Origin: Eledone cirrhosa
Lineage: Eukaryota
Reading direction: 5' to 3'
DNA: 64,000 nt
NCBI GenBank assembly: GCA_964016885.1
Contig: OZ024741.1
Location: forward strand, 254,014,001 to 254,078,000
Shown here: positions 14,723-28,579 of the stretch, one piece after another
Position numbering within the stretch: the first letter of the stretch is position 1
Layout of the letters: every line of letters begins with the position of its first letter
Position numbers and translations under genes: made by a program
Notes under the pieces: generated by a model
Databases searched by the model: none
The model's input: the letters and a program-made list of their open reading frames with translations, nothing else
What the model was told of the DNA's origin: nothing

Positions 14723-15399
14723 GAGAGCGTCCTTACAACTGTTTCTCATGCGACAAGACATTTGCTCAAAAGGCTCATTTGACCATACATCAACGCACAC
14801 ACTCTGGAGAGAAACCTTTCAACTGTGGAGTGTGTGGTAAAGGTTTCCCACAGCGAGTCCATATGCAGAAGCATGAACGCAGTCACAGTAGCGAAGAACT
14901 GATGCGTGCTGGTGTCACGCTTCATGTGCCAACTGTACGACAACATCAACAACCACCTCCTCTCTCACCATCACCTCCCTGTTCAGGGCCAGGTGGTTCT
15001 TCCTCTCCTCTTATGACAAACTGCAACTGCAATTGTACTTGCAACCTGCTCATGTGCACACAGTGCTCCCCAAATGCGTCACCATCACCAGCCCCTATTG
15101 CATCTCCATGCAACCTGCAAATGAATCAAAGGCTGACAACAATTTCTTCAACCTCCGTAGCATCCATCTGTCCTCGACAGATGTCTGGTCGGTCAGCATG
15201 TGTTACCCCAACTCCACCTATGTCTCAGGCAAACCTCTCACAACAGTCAAACTATGGAACATCTCGTAGTTACTCTAGCAGCCCCACCAAGTGGAGTAAC
15301 AACAACAACAACAACAGCAACACCAGCAGTAATGTCTCCATGTGTTTGCCATCCTCATGTGGGAAAAATATGAAACAAAACATGCATCAGAGGAGCTGA
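14723..15399 (+). CDS. C2H2 zinc-finger gene 1, last coding exon (2 fingers plus Pro/Ser/Cys-rich tail); spliced product 451 aa
   Basis: Acceptor tttttgCAG ends at 14722. The phase-1 join gives [29 protein letters not shown]. Stop TGA at 15397-15399. Exon lengths 393+286+677=1356 nt. Confidence 0.92.
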
Positions 15400-15769
15400 A
15401 GCTTTCCGAACAACTTCCCCCACCCCACCATACTCACCACACCATACCTGCCTCATCCCTGGGGGATGAAACAGTTCAACTCTATAGTTTTTCCCCTTCT
15501 GTTTGCTTTTGTTAACCCATTAAATTCTATATTAGCTAAAGCTGCCAGCTACCTGTATTACTCCTGTTGGCTCTCTCTCTCTTTCCCTATATATATATAT
15601 TATATAAACATACACATCTGTTGTTGGGTCTGTTGTGTTTGGTCATAGGTCACACATAGCCTCTCTATTTTGTACGCTCCCTGACACAACCTGTTCTTTA
15701 CATCTGGTCAACTGGTCATCCTATATGTTCGCATATCCTCCTAGATTGACTATGCACATTTTATGTGTG

Positions 15770-17030
15770 TACGCATATATACACCATATTGTATACACAT
15801 TTATACACCATGCTATGTACACACATAAACACCATATTGTGTACACATTTATACACCATGCTATGTACACACATATACACCATATTGTATACACACATAT
15901 ACACCTTATTGTGTACACACATAAACACCATATTGTGTACGCACATATACACCTTATTGTGTACACACATAAACACCATATTGTGTACACACATACACCT
16001 TATTGTGTACACACATATACGCCATACCGTGTACACACAAATACACCATATTGTATACACACACATACACCATATTGTATACACACATACACCATATTGT
16101 ATACACACATATACACCTTATTATGTACACACAAATACACTATACTGTGTACACACAGTAAACTGTACACTCGCATACTATACTGTCTGTACATAAACAC
16201 ACTATATTGTGCACACACACATATACACTACCATGTACACACACACATATATACATTGTACTGTGTACACTGTACTGAGCACACACACACACACATATAC
16301 ACTTAACCGGGTAAGTGCACATATACGCAGGTATATACACTGTTGTGTACACGCAGATATACTCTGTACTGTGTACACACAGATATACACTGTTTTATAT
16401 ACAAACACACATGTACACCATATTTTGTACACACACTCTACGCACACAGTATACTCTGTACACACATGTACACTGTACTGTGTACACATACATACCCCGT
16501 ACTATGTCCACACTCATTACACTACACTGTGTACACATACATATACACGATACCGTGTACACATACATATACACGATACCGTGTACACATATACACTATA
16601 CTGTTTATACATATACATGATACCGTGTACACATACATATACACTATACTGTGTACACATACATATACACTATACTGTGTACACGTACATATACACGATA
16701 CCGTGTACACATACATATACACAATACCGTGTACACATACATATACACAATACCGTGTATACATACATATACACAATACCGTGTACACATACATATACAC
16801 TATACCGTGTACACATACATATACACTATACCGTGTACACATACATATACACTATACTGTGTACACATACATATACACTATACTGTGTACACATACATAT
16901 ACACTATACCGTGTACACGCACATTACACTATACAGTGTACGCATACATATACACCATTCTGTGTACACATACATATACATAGCACACTATACTGTGTAC
17001 ATATACACCATACTGTGTATACATACATAA
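15770..17030. repeat. CA/TA-rich satellite (24-26-bp units) 3' of ZNF gene 1
   Basis: acaccatattgtgtacacacatat units, then atacacgataccgtgtacacatacat units. Confidence 0.9.
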
Positions 17031-17042
17031 CATCCAGTCACC

Positions 17043-17048
17043 AATAAA
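17043..17048 (+). terminator. Candidate proximal poly(A) signal of ZNF gene 1
   Basis: AATAAA immediately after the 3' satellite. Confidence 0.4.
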
Positions 17049-20000
17049 AGATTAATCAATGCATGGTTGACTCTGCAGTTATTGTCCCCCCCCCCTCTAC
17101 CTAGTCAATTGTTCTGTTAGAGAAAGTGGTGACCACCATGTATGGACAGGGAACGTGTTTTAGTGACTAGCATTTAGGGTGGAATTTAGTGGAATTCCCT
17201 TGTAATTGCTTGAATGGGTATGGGCTGTCCACTGGTAGTGGAAAGATGTGTGGTATGCTGTAATAGACAATAAGGGACAACAAATGTGATGGCAATGTTA
17301 TGGCTAGAATTGACTCTATACTATGTGTAAAGTGCATTGAATGGAGGTAGAAAACCTGTATACCCACTTTTAGCTACTACAGAGTTACCTGAGTAGTTTC
17401 TCTTTTGCTGCAGATCTTTGGTCTAATTCATTTATTAAATTACCTCCATCTCTGTTCTTTACTCACATATTTATCTGTTATAGTGACACTACTACTTGTT
17501 TAGCCTCAGGTCTGCTCTTATCAAGCAAAACTGATTAAAGGCCTCTAGTTGTGACCCTCATGTCTTTTTGTATATCAAGGATTACATTGTCCAATGCTAC
17601 ATAGAGGTTCCCCCCATCTCATCTATATGTTGTTGAACCATTTAGCTACTGTTTCTTTAATTTCACACCACTTCTATCTACAACCCATATACATCCCTTT
17701 AGGTGGCTCACAAGGGCAAGAATTCCTGTCTCATCTGTGACACATGGCATACATGTGATTCATTGAGGATTCATATTTTTTATAGCTGTCTTGTGTTTTC
17801 AGATGGGATAATTGTAATCTTTTTATTGCCTCAGTCTTCCTGGCTGTCTTATTAAACTGAAGGCATCACCAAATCATCTTGAGAATGTTTCCTGTAATGG
17901 GCCTACCAACAGATCATCTGCAGGAAAGTCACCTGTAAGCAACTAGCTTCCTATCCTTTGGGTTATCTCTCATCCAGTCCATATGGAAACTGGTTCTTCT
18001 CAGATCCTGAAGTCTTGAAATATATATATGAATGAGTCAGGACTCCGGTTGAGTTCTTGCCATTTCAACAGCTAGTTCCAGACCTAGTGGTGAGTTATGG
18101 TCTAACTAGTTTCTAACTGAATCCGTCCTGATATTTATATATATATATATTTATATATATATATATATATATAGAGAGAGATATTGTGTGTAACTACAAT
18201 TACAGACAGCATGGTGTTCAAAGCACTCAATGCTGTTACAAGGTCCACCTAGTGTTGGGTTATATTCCCGAGTTAAGGCAGCTGTAATGTGCAGAGTGTA
18301 AATAGAGTAAGTAGAATCGAAGTTGGTGACTTCGATTCTACTTACTATATATATATATATATTTAGTGGCATTACACTGTATGACCAGGACATTTACTTT
18401 TTGGCTAAACTAACTGTACATTACAGGTAACTGACTAGACAGATAGTACACTGAATGTACAGTAAAAGAGGCAGTGAATTGGCAGAGTCTTTAGAATATC
18501 GGTAGAAAGCATGTCACTACAGCACCCCTACATTCCATCAGGTGTTGTGTGTCTATACATATATATTTGCAAGACTCTTAGCTCAAATGGCTACCATTTC
18601 TGTGTGTCTCGTGTGCAATGATATAGACCCGTAAGAATCTACAGGGGACATCACTTAAACCAGAGTTATCTTCTCTTGCATCATTTTATGTCGTCTTCCG
18701 TGAGCTCCTCGGTTTGTGATATGAAACCTTATAACATCCTGAACGAAATTGTTCATTAATACTATTATGTCATTTGTAAAGAATTAGGGAGGAATCAATC
18801 TACTGTCAATAGCAGTGTTATTGTTTAACCCAAAGTCACCTCTGGTGGTTGAACAGGCCAATGATCAAAAGGAGTTACGAAACATGGTATGTTCATTTTC
18901 AACGCTAGCATGGGTGTCCCGTTGGAGGTAAGTTGGGTCAGGTGACCATGTCTTGCTCATATAAAACTGTTTCTGACTAGATTTCTATGGCTGGATGCCC
19001 TTCCTAATGCTAATCACATTACAGTGTGAACTGGTTGCTTTTTGTCGTGACTCTTACACGACCACTTTACTGTGTGGGCTGAGTGCTTTTTGTAGTATAA
19101 TATTGATTCACAAGCTGGCGAATTGGCAGTTGTTGGAATGCTTGATATGATCTGTTCCAGCTCTCTGAGTTCAAAACCCACCAATGTCAACTTTGCATTT
19201 CATCCTTTTGAGGTTTCAATGAAAAAAAAGTAGTGGAGTCAATTCATCCTTTAGATCACTTTCCCATTTCCTGTCTATCACCCCTCTCCTTTCTCTTGAT
19301 GAAATCGGCTGTGTTCAGACCTAGAAAGGGGATAAACCCTACAAGGTTTAAAATGCCCAAGACCTGCTGTATGTCACCACAGTGCCATTGCAACTCTGGC
19401 AGGAATTACAGGTTCATCATCATCTTCGTTTAACGTCCATCTTCCACGCTAGCATGGGTTAGACTGTCCATATATTTAAATAAAGATTCATATTCTCACA
19501 AAACCTATTGTCAAACAAGCTTTGGTTGTGAAGGACATGTTGTGTTTTGGTTTTCATAGGAACATTTATAGTTATATCACCCCATCCCAGATGAAACAGA
19601 AATATAAACTCAAAGTAACAAGTCTGGAACATAAAATCACTGCTAGTTGACACATATCTGGCTCAATCAACTGTGTTCTTGTCTGAGTGACACATCAGAC
19701 TCAGTTGAATATATTTTTTGCTTCAGTTGGGTCACACCTTACTTGGTCAACTGTATTTTTGCTTCAGTTAGGTCACACTTGACATGGTTAATTGTATTTT
19801 TGCATCATGAAGGCCACTTCAATCAGTGGAGAATATTTTAACCCATTGGGAAACCTACTTGACTATATAGATAATATTTTTTTGCTTATGGGAATACACC
19901 TAACCTCATCAAGTCTACCTCATAAGGACATACTTGACTTTTGTCACCAATAAATGGTTTTACTACAATACAAATAATTGTTGATTTAATTGCTGTGTGA

Positions 20001-20803
20001 TTTGAAATACACTCCAGGGTATTCTATAGTACATGTGTTGGTTAGCTAGTTCTGAGGAATGTTAGCCAAGAAAGATTAGTGTACTGTCCACGGTAACAAG
20101 TAACAGCTGTGTGAAGCCCTGTATTTTCTTGGCATATTTTTTATTGTAATTTCATCCCAATGCTGATTAGAATTTGACAAATGTGCATTTCATTTTCTCT
20201 GAAATTTCAATCAAAAGAAAGATTCTTTTTTTTTTTTTTTTTTTTTTTTAATGAAGATTTAGTGAGCCCTGTTTTATATGTAGCCTACAAACCTGATCCT
20301 ATTCTACTTATATCCTGCAGAATTATCCTATTTTACATGTAAACTGGTCTTTAAATATATTATAAACTACATAACTGCCATATATGTAACCTATTGACTG
20401 GTCTTGTACTATATTTAATCCATAGAAATGCTCTATGTAACGTGAAAAAACGCCAACAAAACCTTGTAACCATCACAATGTTTCCAACATCTATCTATAT
20501 CGCTTTATTTTTATTTATTTATATTTTTCATCTGAAAAAAAAAAAGAAATTACTCTTGACACATTTTCATAGATATTGTGTTTACTGATGTCCTAATCAT
20601 CAACAAGTGCCTTTGATCCACCCAGCACAAAACACTATTTCCAGGTTCAGTCCCTTCTGGAACTAAACAATCTTTAAGAATCTGCATTAATGTCAAACTT
20701 TTCTATATTTTCGTAATTTTTCCCCATCACTTTGTTATATTGTAATTGTATTTCTAAAACTAAAAAAAAAAACATGAAAAATATAAATTACTAAAAAATC
20801 AAT

Positions 20804-20809
20804 AATAAA
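20804..20809 (+). terminator. Candidate distal poly(A) signal of ZNF gene 1
   Basis: AATAAA followed by a long U-rich tract, at the end of an AU-rich, TE-poor, 3'UTR-like region. Confidence 0.35.
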
Positions 20810-21551
20810 CAATCATTTATTATTTCTTAATTTTTTTTTTTTTTTTTTTCTGTTTTTGATTCACATTTTTATGTTTTGGTAAATTTCCTCATCTGCAGAC
20901 ATTGAACTGGTAAAATGCAGAATAAACAGGGGGGGGGGGGGGGGGGGTAACTCTAATCAAATTGGCTTGACAAAATTTCATATTAGAAATGGACATAGAC
21001 ATGTGAAGAAGAAAATATAATTATCACTGTTTAATATTGAATTAATCTGATATTTGGAATAATATTCCATTATTATTAGATCTCCACAGTGAATTTTTTT
21101 TTTTGTTAATGTATTACACGTTTATAATAGAATTGTTATATGTACAGTAAAGCATGTGTACCTATAACAATGAGATATTACCCAGGGATACCATTCTCTT
21201 TGAAATAACTTTTAATTAATTAACTCTCCCTGTATTGAAGAGTGTTGTTCAAATATTTGACCCTTTCGTTACCATATTTTGAATAAAAGACACAGCTTAT
21301 GTGCTTCAATTAATTTTGAAAATAACCCATTTGGCGGAATTTAAAATAACTTTCATTAATAAACATATTTAGATCATTACTTAAAATTTTGTAAAATAAA
21401 CAAGATAAGTTTTAACAAGCATAAACATTTTAAAATGAGCAAACATCAGTACTGAGGTTTGCTCATTTATGTATTGACTTTGATGGGATTTGAAGGCAGA
21501 CTACCGGAACAAATACAGAAATTTTTAATCTGATACTCTTATGTTTTTGTG

Positions 21552-21760
21552 GAAGCGTGTGGCCTCATGGTAATGGTGTTGGACTTATGATCGTGGGTTT
21601 GATTCCTGGACTGGGTTGTGTGTTGTCTTCTGGAGCAAAACGCTTCATTTCACGTTGTTCCAGTATAGTCGGGTGAAAATGAGTACCGGCAATAGCTGTA
21701 GGTTTAACTCTGATGGACTGCTGTTCTGTCGAGAAGGGGAATTTTCTACTCTCAGTCGCT
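21552..21760 (+). mobile_element. Second tRNA-derived SINE family copy
   Basis: A box gtggcctcatggtaat, B-box-like ggtttgattcc, and body ...tgaaaatgagtacc. Confidence 0.6.
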
Positions 21761-21903
21761 TAATCCTTTAGCAATTAAACCGGCTGTAACCAGCCATTCA
21801 TACTGATGTTAAGGTATTGTTCTCAAAATAGATAATATCAAAATCTCGGATTCACTATTATGTGAAAATACAATAGTATATATAGAGTAATATAAAGGGT
21901 TAA
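21760..21903 (+). mobile_element. TTAA-CCCTTT-ended MITE-like repeat (piggyBac-like ends); related copies at ~8430-8625, 13730-13818 and, inverted, 22850-22985
   Basis: Shared catactgatgttaaggtattgttctcaaaat core and an aaagggttaa end. Confidence 0.55.
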
Positions 21904-23276
21904 AGCCACGAAAACCTAAAGCTAAAGGGTTAAAGCCATGAAAACCAAGATAAGCATTGAGCTCAAGACAGACTTTTAGACCTAATGTTTCTGTCAATTT
22001 GTTGCCTCAGACTCTATGGTACTACAACTCTATTCATACTCTACATCTGCAGTTATGTTGTCTCTCCTTGGACAGAATATTCTATTGTTTATGTTCTGAG
22101 TTCAATTCCTGTGGTCAGTAAAAGTATCCTGTGGTGGATTTAGTTGACTTTCTCCTCTTCCAAAATTACTGGCTCTGTGCCTGTTAGAAACAATTATTAA
22201 TCTACTTCTTACTTAAAATTTTGAAATAAAGATTTTATTTAACTCTTAACGTCCTGTACCATATTAAACCGTCTTCATCAATAAAGATACTATAAACATT
22301 TGAATTAACAAACCCATTTTTAGATATATTTTCTGCTAAATCATTACAGGATGTTAAGATTTAATATACACATTTTGAAACTAGTTTATATCATAGAGCC
22401 AGATGCAGGTTTAAAGGATTAAAATGAATACCACATTGTGATATTGGATAACTGCTTCCTTATAGGGTCAATTGCAGTCGAAAACTCCAGGGTTCTCAGT
22501 CACCAAACTGTTATTTTCCTCCACTGAGGAAAGAGTTCCATAAGGTAGAGCGGTTGATGCAGCTGGTGTCCTTGGCTGTTCTCTGTGGCAATGCCTTTGG
22601 TCATGTTGTTGGTGGAGGGGGCACAGCTAAGATAAACCAGCTAGACTGTGGTATAGAATCTGCTGCTTCCTCCCTCTTTTCCTTTTGCTCTTTAATTTTC
22701 TTCTTCTAAATATGCAAATATAGATGAATTGTAAATTTCTTTATTTTTCAATCTAACAAATGTATATAAGTAGGGAATAAAGGCTGTTGTAATAACGTGA
22801 ATGCCTTAAAGCCTAGGAAATATAGAGTAATGTGAATGCTAAAGGGTTATCTCACATAATTATCTTATGTAATATTGAGTCTGTGATTTTGAGAACAATA
22901 CCTTAACATCAGTATGAGCAACTGGTTATAGTTGGTTTGAACAAAGGTGAGAAAATTCTGGCCAGTTTAAATGCTGAAGGGTTAAGTCCCCAAAGTGTGT
23001 TCAGCCATTTCTATCCCAATATGGACTCGGAGGGTGTGAAGGAGCGTTCTCTGGCATGTGGAAGTTCAAACGCAGGCTGCCTTGTGGTCCTAGTGGAGAG
23101 AATGGAATAAATGAATAAATGTCGCGAGAGAGATATATTGGAATAGCCATTCCAATTCACAGGTGGCCAGCTCTATCCTGATAGTGTGGAGGGAGATGTT
23201 TTGAAGTCTCCATTATTTTGCAATTTTATAATCAGAAGATGAAAAAATAAATGTCTGATATATATATATATGATGA

Positions 23277-23568
23277 TAATAATTGTTTCTACTTTTGGCA
23301 CAAGGCCAGCAATTATCCCAGTGTATTACTAGTACTTTATTTTATCGACCCCCGTAAGGATGAAAGGCAAAGTTATGATAATAATAATTGTTTCTACTTT
23401 AGGCACAAGGCCAGCAATTATCCAGTGTATTACTGGTACTTCATTTTATCGACCCCGTAAGGATGAAAGGCAAAGTCAACCTCGGCGGGATTTGAACTCA
23501 GATCGTAAAGGGACGTAACTATGCTGGAAAGCATGGTGTCCGACTCTCTACTGATACTGCCAATCCAG
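23277..23568 (-). mobile_element. Young SINE copy with duplicated 3' half
   Basis: Near-identical to the copies at 31501-31878 and 53023-53206. Confidence 0.85.
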
Positions 23569-23574
23569 TTTTGA

Positions 23575-24030
23575 TAATAATAATAATAGAATTATTGTGT
23601 ACAGCGCTCAGGTGCACTACAACTCATCAAAGGTGCATGTATAGTACATAAAATAATGTACAAATGTCAGGAAAGTGAACAGTGTATGCCTGTGTACGGA
23701 GAGGGAATATCAGGTGTAGTGTTGGCAAATTTTGGGAAGCATGCAAGTTTTCAAGGATGCAGTGTCCCGACAATCGTTTGTTCCATGCTTCAGCAACTTT
23801 GAGCATGAAAAAATGTTTTCGAATTTCATGGGAGCTGTGCTGTTTTCCGACTTTGTAGGCATGCCCACATGTGTTAGATACATGGAATTCAAAAAGGTGC
23901 TCAGGGTTGTTGTTGGAAAGATGGTTAATAATTTTGTGGATGTTTACCAAGTCAGTTGCCAAACATTGGAGCTTCAATGTATCCATGTCCAGGGAAGCAA
24001 GGCGTGGAAAATAGATGTTAAATGATGTTG
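23575..24030 (-). mobile_element. CR1/L2-type LINE 3' fragment
   Basis: DLVNIHKII...GHAYK...RKHFFMLKVAEAWNK C-terminal motif, with an (ATT)n tail. Confidence 0.65.
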
Positions 24031-24394
24031 ATATATTGTGAATATCTTGAAGTGTAGAAACTGTTTGAGTAACTAACATGCTAAAACAAGGGTGACAAGG
24101 TGTTTTGGCTACAATATCTCAGTAGAGCAATTCAAAATTTGAGTCAAACAGTTGGTCAGATGTTTCATTTGAGTGATTGGTTTACCTTTTTCATACTAAC
24201 CCACCCAAAACTATTTTATTCTATGAATCAAAATTCCAATTTTAAAGAGATTTATTTATTCAATCAATTCAAATGTCTATATAGAGCTAGTAAACTATGA
24301 CAGACTGGAGGAAGTATCTAGTACCCCTTATAGTTAAGAAACAAAGCAAGAGAGAAAAAAAAGAAGATAAATGGGAGGCAAAAAAAACCCATAA

Positions 24395-24950
24395 ATAAAA
24401 TAAAAGTGAGCCCTCAAACACTCCCCCCAGCAGGTCCTGTCAGAAGCAACTGCACCCAAACGAGACCAGTTAAGCTCATGGATGTTATCCAACCATCTTG
24501 CTCGGGATCTACCTCTGGGTCTCCTACCAGTTAGTTTTGCCAGTAAAATCTGTCCAGCAATTCTTTCCTGAGACATTCTAACTACATGCCCATAGTATCA
24601 GAGCTCAGATCTCTCAATTCAGGGAATATACATTTTTTAAATTTAAAATTATATTACAAATACCATCTTAAATTATTTTATTAAATCCATACAAATTGTT
24701 CATTAATTATACAGACCGCTGGATAAAGAAGTGCCAAGAAATCCCAGTAGAAGGAAGACGCAGTAGAGGTAGACCACGAAAAACATGGGCAGAGGTGGTG
24801 AGAGCAGACCTCAGATCGCTGAAACTCACCGAGGAGATGACGAAGGACCGTGACAAGTGGAGAGATGCTGTGCTGAATAGGACCTGTCCAACCCTTGCAA
24901 GCAGGGTAAAATGGATGTAAAATGATGATGATGATGATGATAATGATGAT
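24395..24950. mobile_element. Two RTE-like 3' fragments (- at ~24395-24620, + at ~24715-24950 with (GAT)n tail)
   Basis: GRRPRGRSRARWLD and GRRSRGRPRKTWAEVVRADL motifs. Confidence 0.75.
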
Positions 24951-24979
24951 ATATATATATATATATATATATCATCTAT

Positions 24980-25460
24980 ATATCATCATTTAACGTCAAT
25001 TTTTCCACACTGGCATGTGTTAGATGAGTTATCCTGTTGTGAGCAATGCTAGGTCAGGTGACCATCTCATGCTCATACAGAACCAATTTTGGCTTGATTT
25101 CTACAGCTGGATCCTCTTCCTAGCGCCAACCTCATTTACAATGAGTACTGGGTGCTTTTTGTCGTGATGCCTACACAACCACTTTACAGAGTGGGCTGGG
25201 CGCTTTTGTCAAGCACAACCACTTTACAGCATGGACTTGGTGCTTTTTGCCGTGACACCTACATGACCACTTTACAGTGTGGGCTGGAGGCTTCACTGAA
25301 TGTATGTGTGGTGGTGGGTGGTGTGGGGTGGAGTGGTGCATATTATACATATGCTTAATCTTCGGCCTGTGCCCATGGGAAGTCGTGTCTTCTGTATTAC
25401 TGCGTAACGCCAGAGATCCCGGTCCATGTATAAAATGGTCTGGAGACTTTTTGGCCACAA
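24980..25460 (-). mobile_element. RTE 3' end joined to the repeat-containing tail module
   Basis: DRDLWRYAVIQKTR matches 52828-52866, followed by the same tail module as 53235-53510. Confidence 0.7.
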
Positions 25461-27081
25461 TGTACTATTGTAATAATGAAATAACAAATCTAATAAATCC
25501 CTCTATATTCTTTGTTATTTAATTGAAGTACAGAGCACTTAATTAGAAATGTTGTAAATGAAATACCCTATGACTCTCTACTATTTAAGTTAATATTATA
25601 CATCCAGATTTTGGTGTGTATCTCCTCACAGATAGCTCAATTTTATTGTCCACAGATACATATATTCATCATTATGTTCACTGTTGAAAAAGAAAGTAAG
25701 ATAAATGTTGTTTACTACTAGGTTAACGATAACCAAGCAAGCTTGTGGATAAAAGTATTTTTCTTTTGACTATTCTGTCTTTTTGTATACCAAGGACTAC
25801 ATTATCCAATGTGTTCTACCATTTTTGAGATGTCAAGCAGGAACCAGCAAGTGAACAAATACATTGACAGACAGGGACCACTTCTTGTGATGGTAAAAAG
25901 ATGGAAGTTTGCCTGGTATGGTCAAATATCCTGCCAGAACTCCCTGTTTAAAACCAACCTTCAGGACACAATTGAGGGAGGGTGAAGAAGAGGCAAACAA
26001 AGAAAATTTGGTCTGACAACATCAAGTGTTGGGCTAGTCATAACACCACTCCCTTCTAAACATGATAGAGGATAGAAACCAGTGCCGACTGCTGACTGTG
26101 AAAACGACGTCTCCAGTGGCTCTCCAACTAGCTGCACCAGTTGAAGAAACTTGATGAGGATTTCACTACTATGTCTAGCAGTCCGATTGACTGTATCGAG
26201 GTTCCTTTGCTGGTAGAACTGACCTCGTCTTAGTGTTAATGCAAAACTTCAGGTTGATATCTCCGTGGTGTGGCTCTATCTGCTAGAAATAGCAGCCAAA
26301 ATGTAACCCAATTCACTCCCACAACCTCTTTAAATATTGGATGTTGCGGTTTGAGATTAACTACAATTGAACAAACGGATGATAGCGGCTAGAATATCTT
26401 TGACCATAGGTCTGTTTGATCAGAGCTGACCTGTGACTAAACGATAACAGAAAGGGAATCAGATCATGAGGTGTTGTGATGCTCAAGCTTTTCCAAAGGT
26501 ACAGAGTTCTATCCGCCAATACGTTGTAACCTAGCTCTAATAGCTTCATCTGTAAAATTAATACCACTGGGGAAAAGTATGAAGGACAACATGAAACCAT
26601 TTAGTCCCTTCTTTCGATACCTTTGTGAGTGACTCAACATAACCTCCTCTCTATTTACAGTAATAATGTTTATAACTCATCCTTTTAACCTCCGCTGCTA
26701 CTTTCTTACTTTACGTTCTACCTTTCTTATTCTCTCCCTCTCTCTCTCATCCACTTCACTCCACATCTACCCTTTCCAATTAGCTCCAATTCTGTCTTAC
26801 GCTTTCTCTTTCTCTCTTTCAATCCTCTCACTACAGTCCTTTCTTCTTCTCTCACTCCCTATTTTTTGTCAACTGTTTTATTTCCACTTCCTTCTACCCT
26901 AGTTGACTGTCTCCTCTCCACTCCAGTTTCTTTGGAGAGTGACCTCTTTTAACACTCTTTATCTTTCTCTCTATCTCTACTTAATCTCTTTCTCACTCCG
27001 ACATTCCCACCATATATTGTTTTATCTCTTTTTCTCTTTGCCCCCCCCCTCTCTATATATATACAAACATACAAACGCACA

Positions 27082-27158
27082 CGGGGTGTTCTCCAAAATG
27101 TATACACATTTGAGTTATCTGCTGTTGAAGTGCATGTACATTTTTTGGGGACACCCTG
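27082..27158. mobile_element. Tiny Tc1/mariner-type MITE (~77 bp)
   Basis: Imperfect TIRs cggggtgttctccaaaatgtata / tgtacattttttggggacaccctg. Confidence 0.6.
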
Positions 27159-27236
27159 TGTGTATGTGTATATATATATATATATATTACTTCAATCATT
27201 ATCGCTTCATAAGTCTTGCGACTCCGTTATCTCTCA

Positions 27237-27595
27237 TCCCATGGCTGAATGCTTGAGAAGTTCGTTTTGCAATTATGAGGTTCTGGGTTCGATCGTAATG
27301 CGTGGCATTTTGGGCAAATGTCATTACTATAACCTCGGGTGACGCCATCCTTGAGAGTGAAATTGGATAGACGGATATTATGTGGAAACCCATCAGATTG
27401 ACTGTACCTGTAATTCAAAGGGCCAATCTTATCACATAATGTGTGGCAATTCACATTATATGAATCTCCCTGAGAGTTACGTTAAAGGTACCCGTGTCTG
27501 GAATGCTCAGCTACTTGCACGTTAATTTCACGAACTGGCTGTTCCGTTGGTCGAACAACCGGAACACTGATAATCGAAACCGACGAAGGTCCATT
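27237..27595 (+). mobile_element. tRNA-derived SINE (third family)
   Basis: atggctgaatgcttgag A box, gggttcgatc B box and ttgggcaaatg body. Confidence 0.55.
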
Positions 27596-28579
27596 TAATT
27601 CGTTAGATCATTAACCCTTAATGTCATGTTCCCTCTCTTCATCTATCATTCTTTCTTCTTCTCCCACATTTCCCTTTATCCTTACATTTACTACCTCACA
27701 TCATACCTCTCACTCTTCCGTCTAAGACGTTATACCACTCTCTCTATCTGTCTATCGCTCACTACTTAAATCATAACATTCCAATACCTCCTACCCCCTT
27801 CTTTTTCTCTATTTCTCTTCCACCTCTTATTTCCTGTATCGTTATATTCACACCTCACCTCTTTCTCCCTTTTATTATTTATCCCCCTTCTCCAGCAATT
27901 CCCTAACTTATTCGCTCTTCTAATAAAAATAGTTATTATCTGAATGTTTTCTTCTTATATTTTAGTCTCTCTCTCACCTTCTCTCTCTTACTCACTCACT
28001 CTATCCGATTTTCCAACAATATTTCCTTTTTCTTTTCTATCTTCTCTTTATTTCCCTATCACTCTCTGTCTCTATGTCTCTATTTCTAAACTCTTCCTAC
28101 TACTCCTTCCTTCCCTCCATATTCTTCATTATTTTTCTCTAACATAATTTCATTTTCGACCTCGTCTTCTTCCTTTGTTTGTTAACTTTTACCATATCTC
28201 TCTCTCTCAATATTTACATTACTTTCCTTTCAACACTACCAGTCTCGTTCCTTCCCCTCAACCTCACTAAACCGCTTTATCCTTTTCTAAATTTCTTTTT
28301 CCGCTCGCTACAGCCCTTCTCTCTCTCTCTTCTTTTTCGCTTTCTCTCTATCCGTCACACATTCTTCCTTCTTTTCTTTCTTTCTCTCTTACACACACTC
28401 TCTTTCGCTATCTCTTTCTATATATTACTCGTCCTTCTGCTAAACCCCATTCCCCCACACGTCTTTTTCTACCAGATCTCCCATTCTTCCTCGTCCCCTC
28501 TCACTATTTCTCCCTCCTTTCCTTTGACCCTTTTGCTTTCCCTCTCGCTAATACAATCTCCTTTCTCTCTCTCTCTAAC

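Noticed and set aside
15635-17047. Multiple overlapping His/Tyr/Thr or Val/Cys ORFs
   Set aside because: These are satellite translations open in several frames on both strands.
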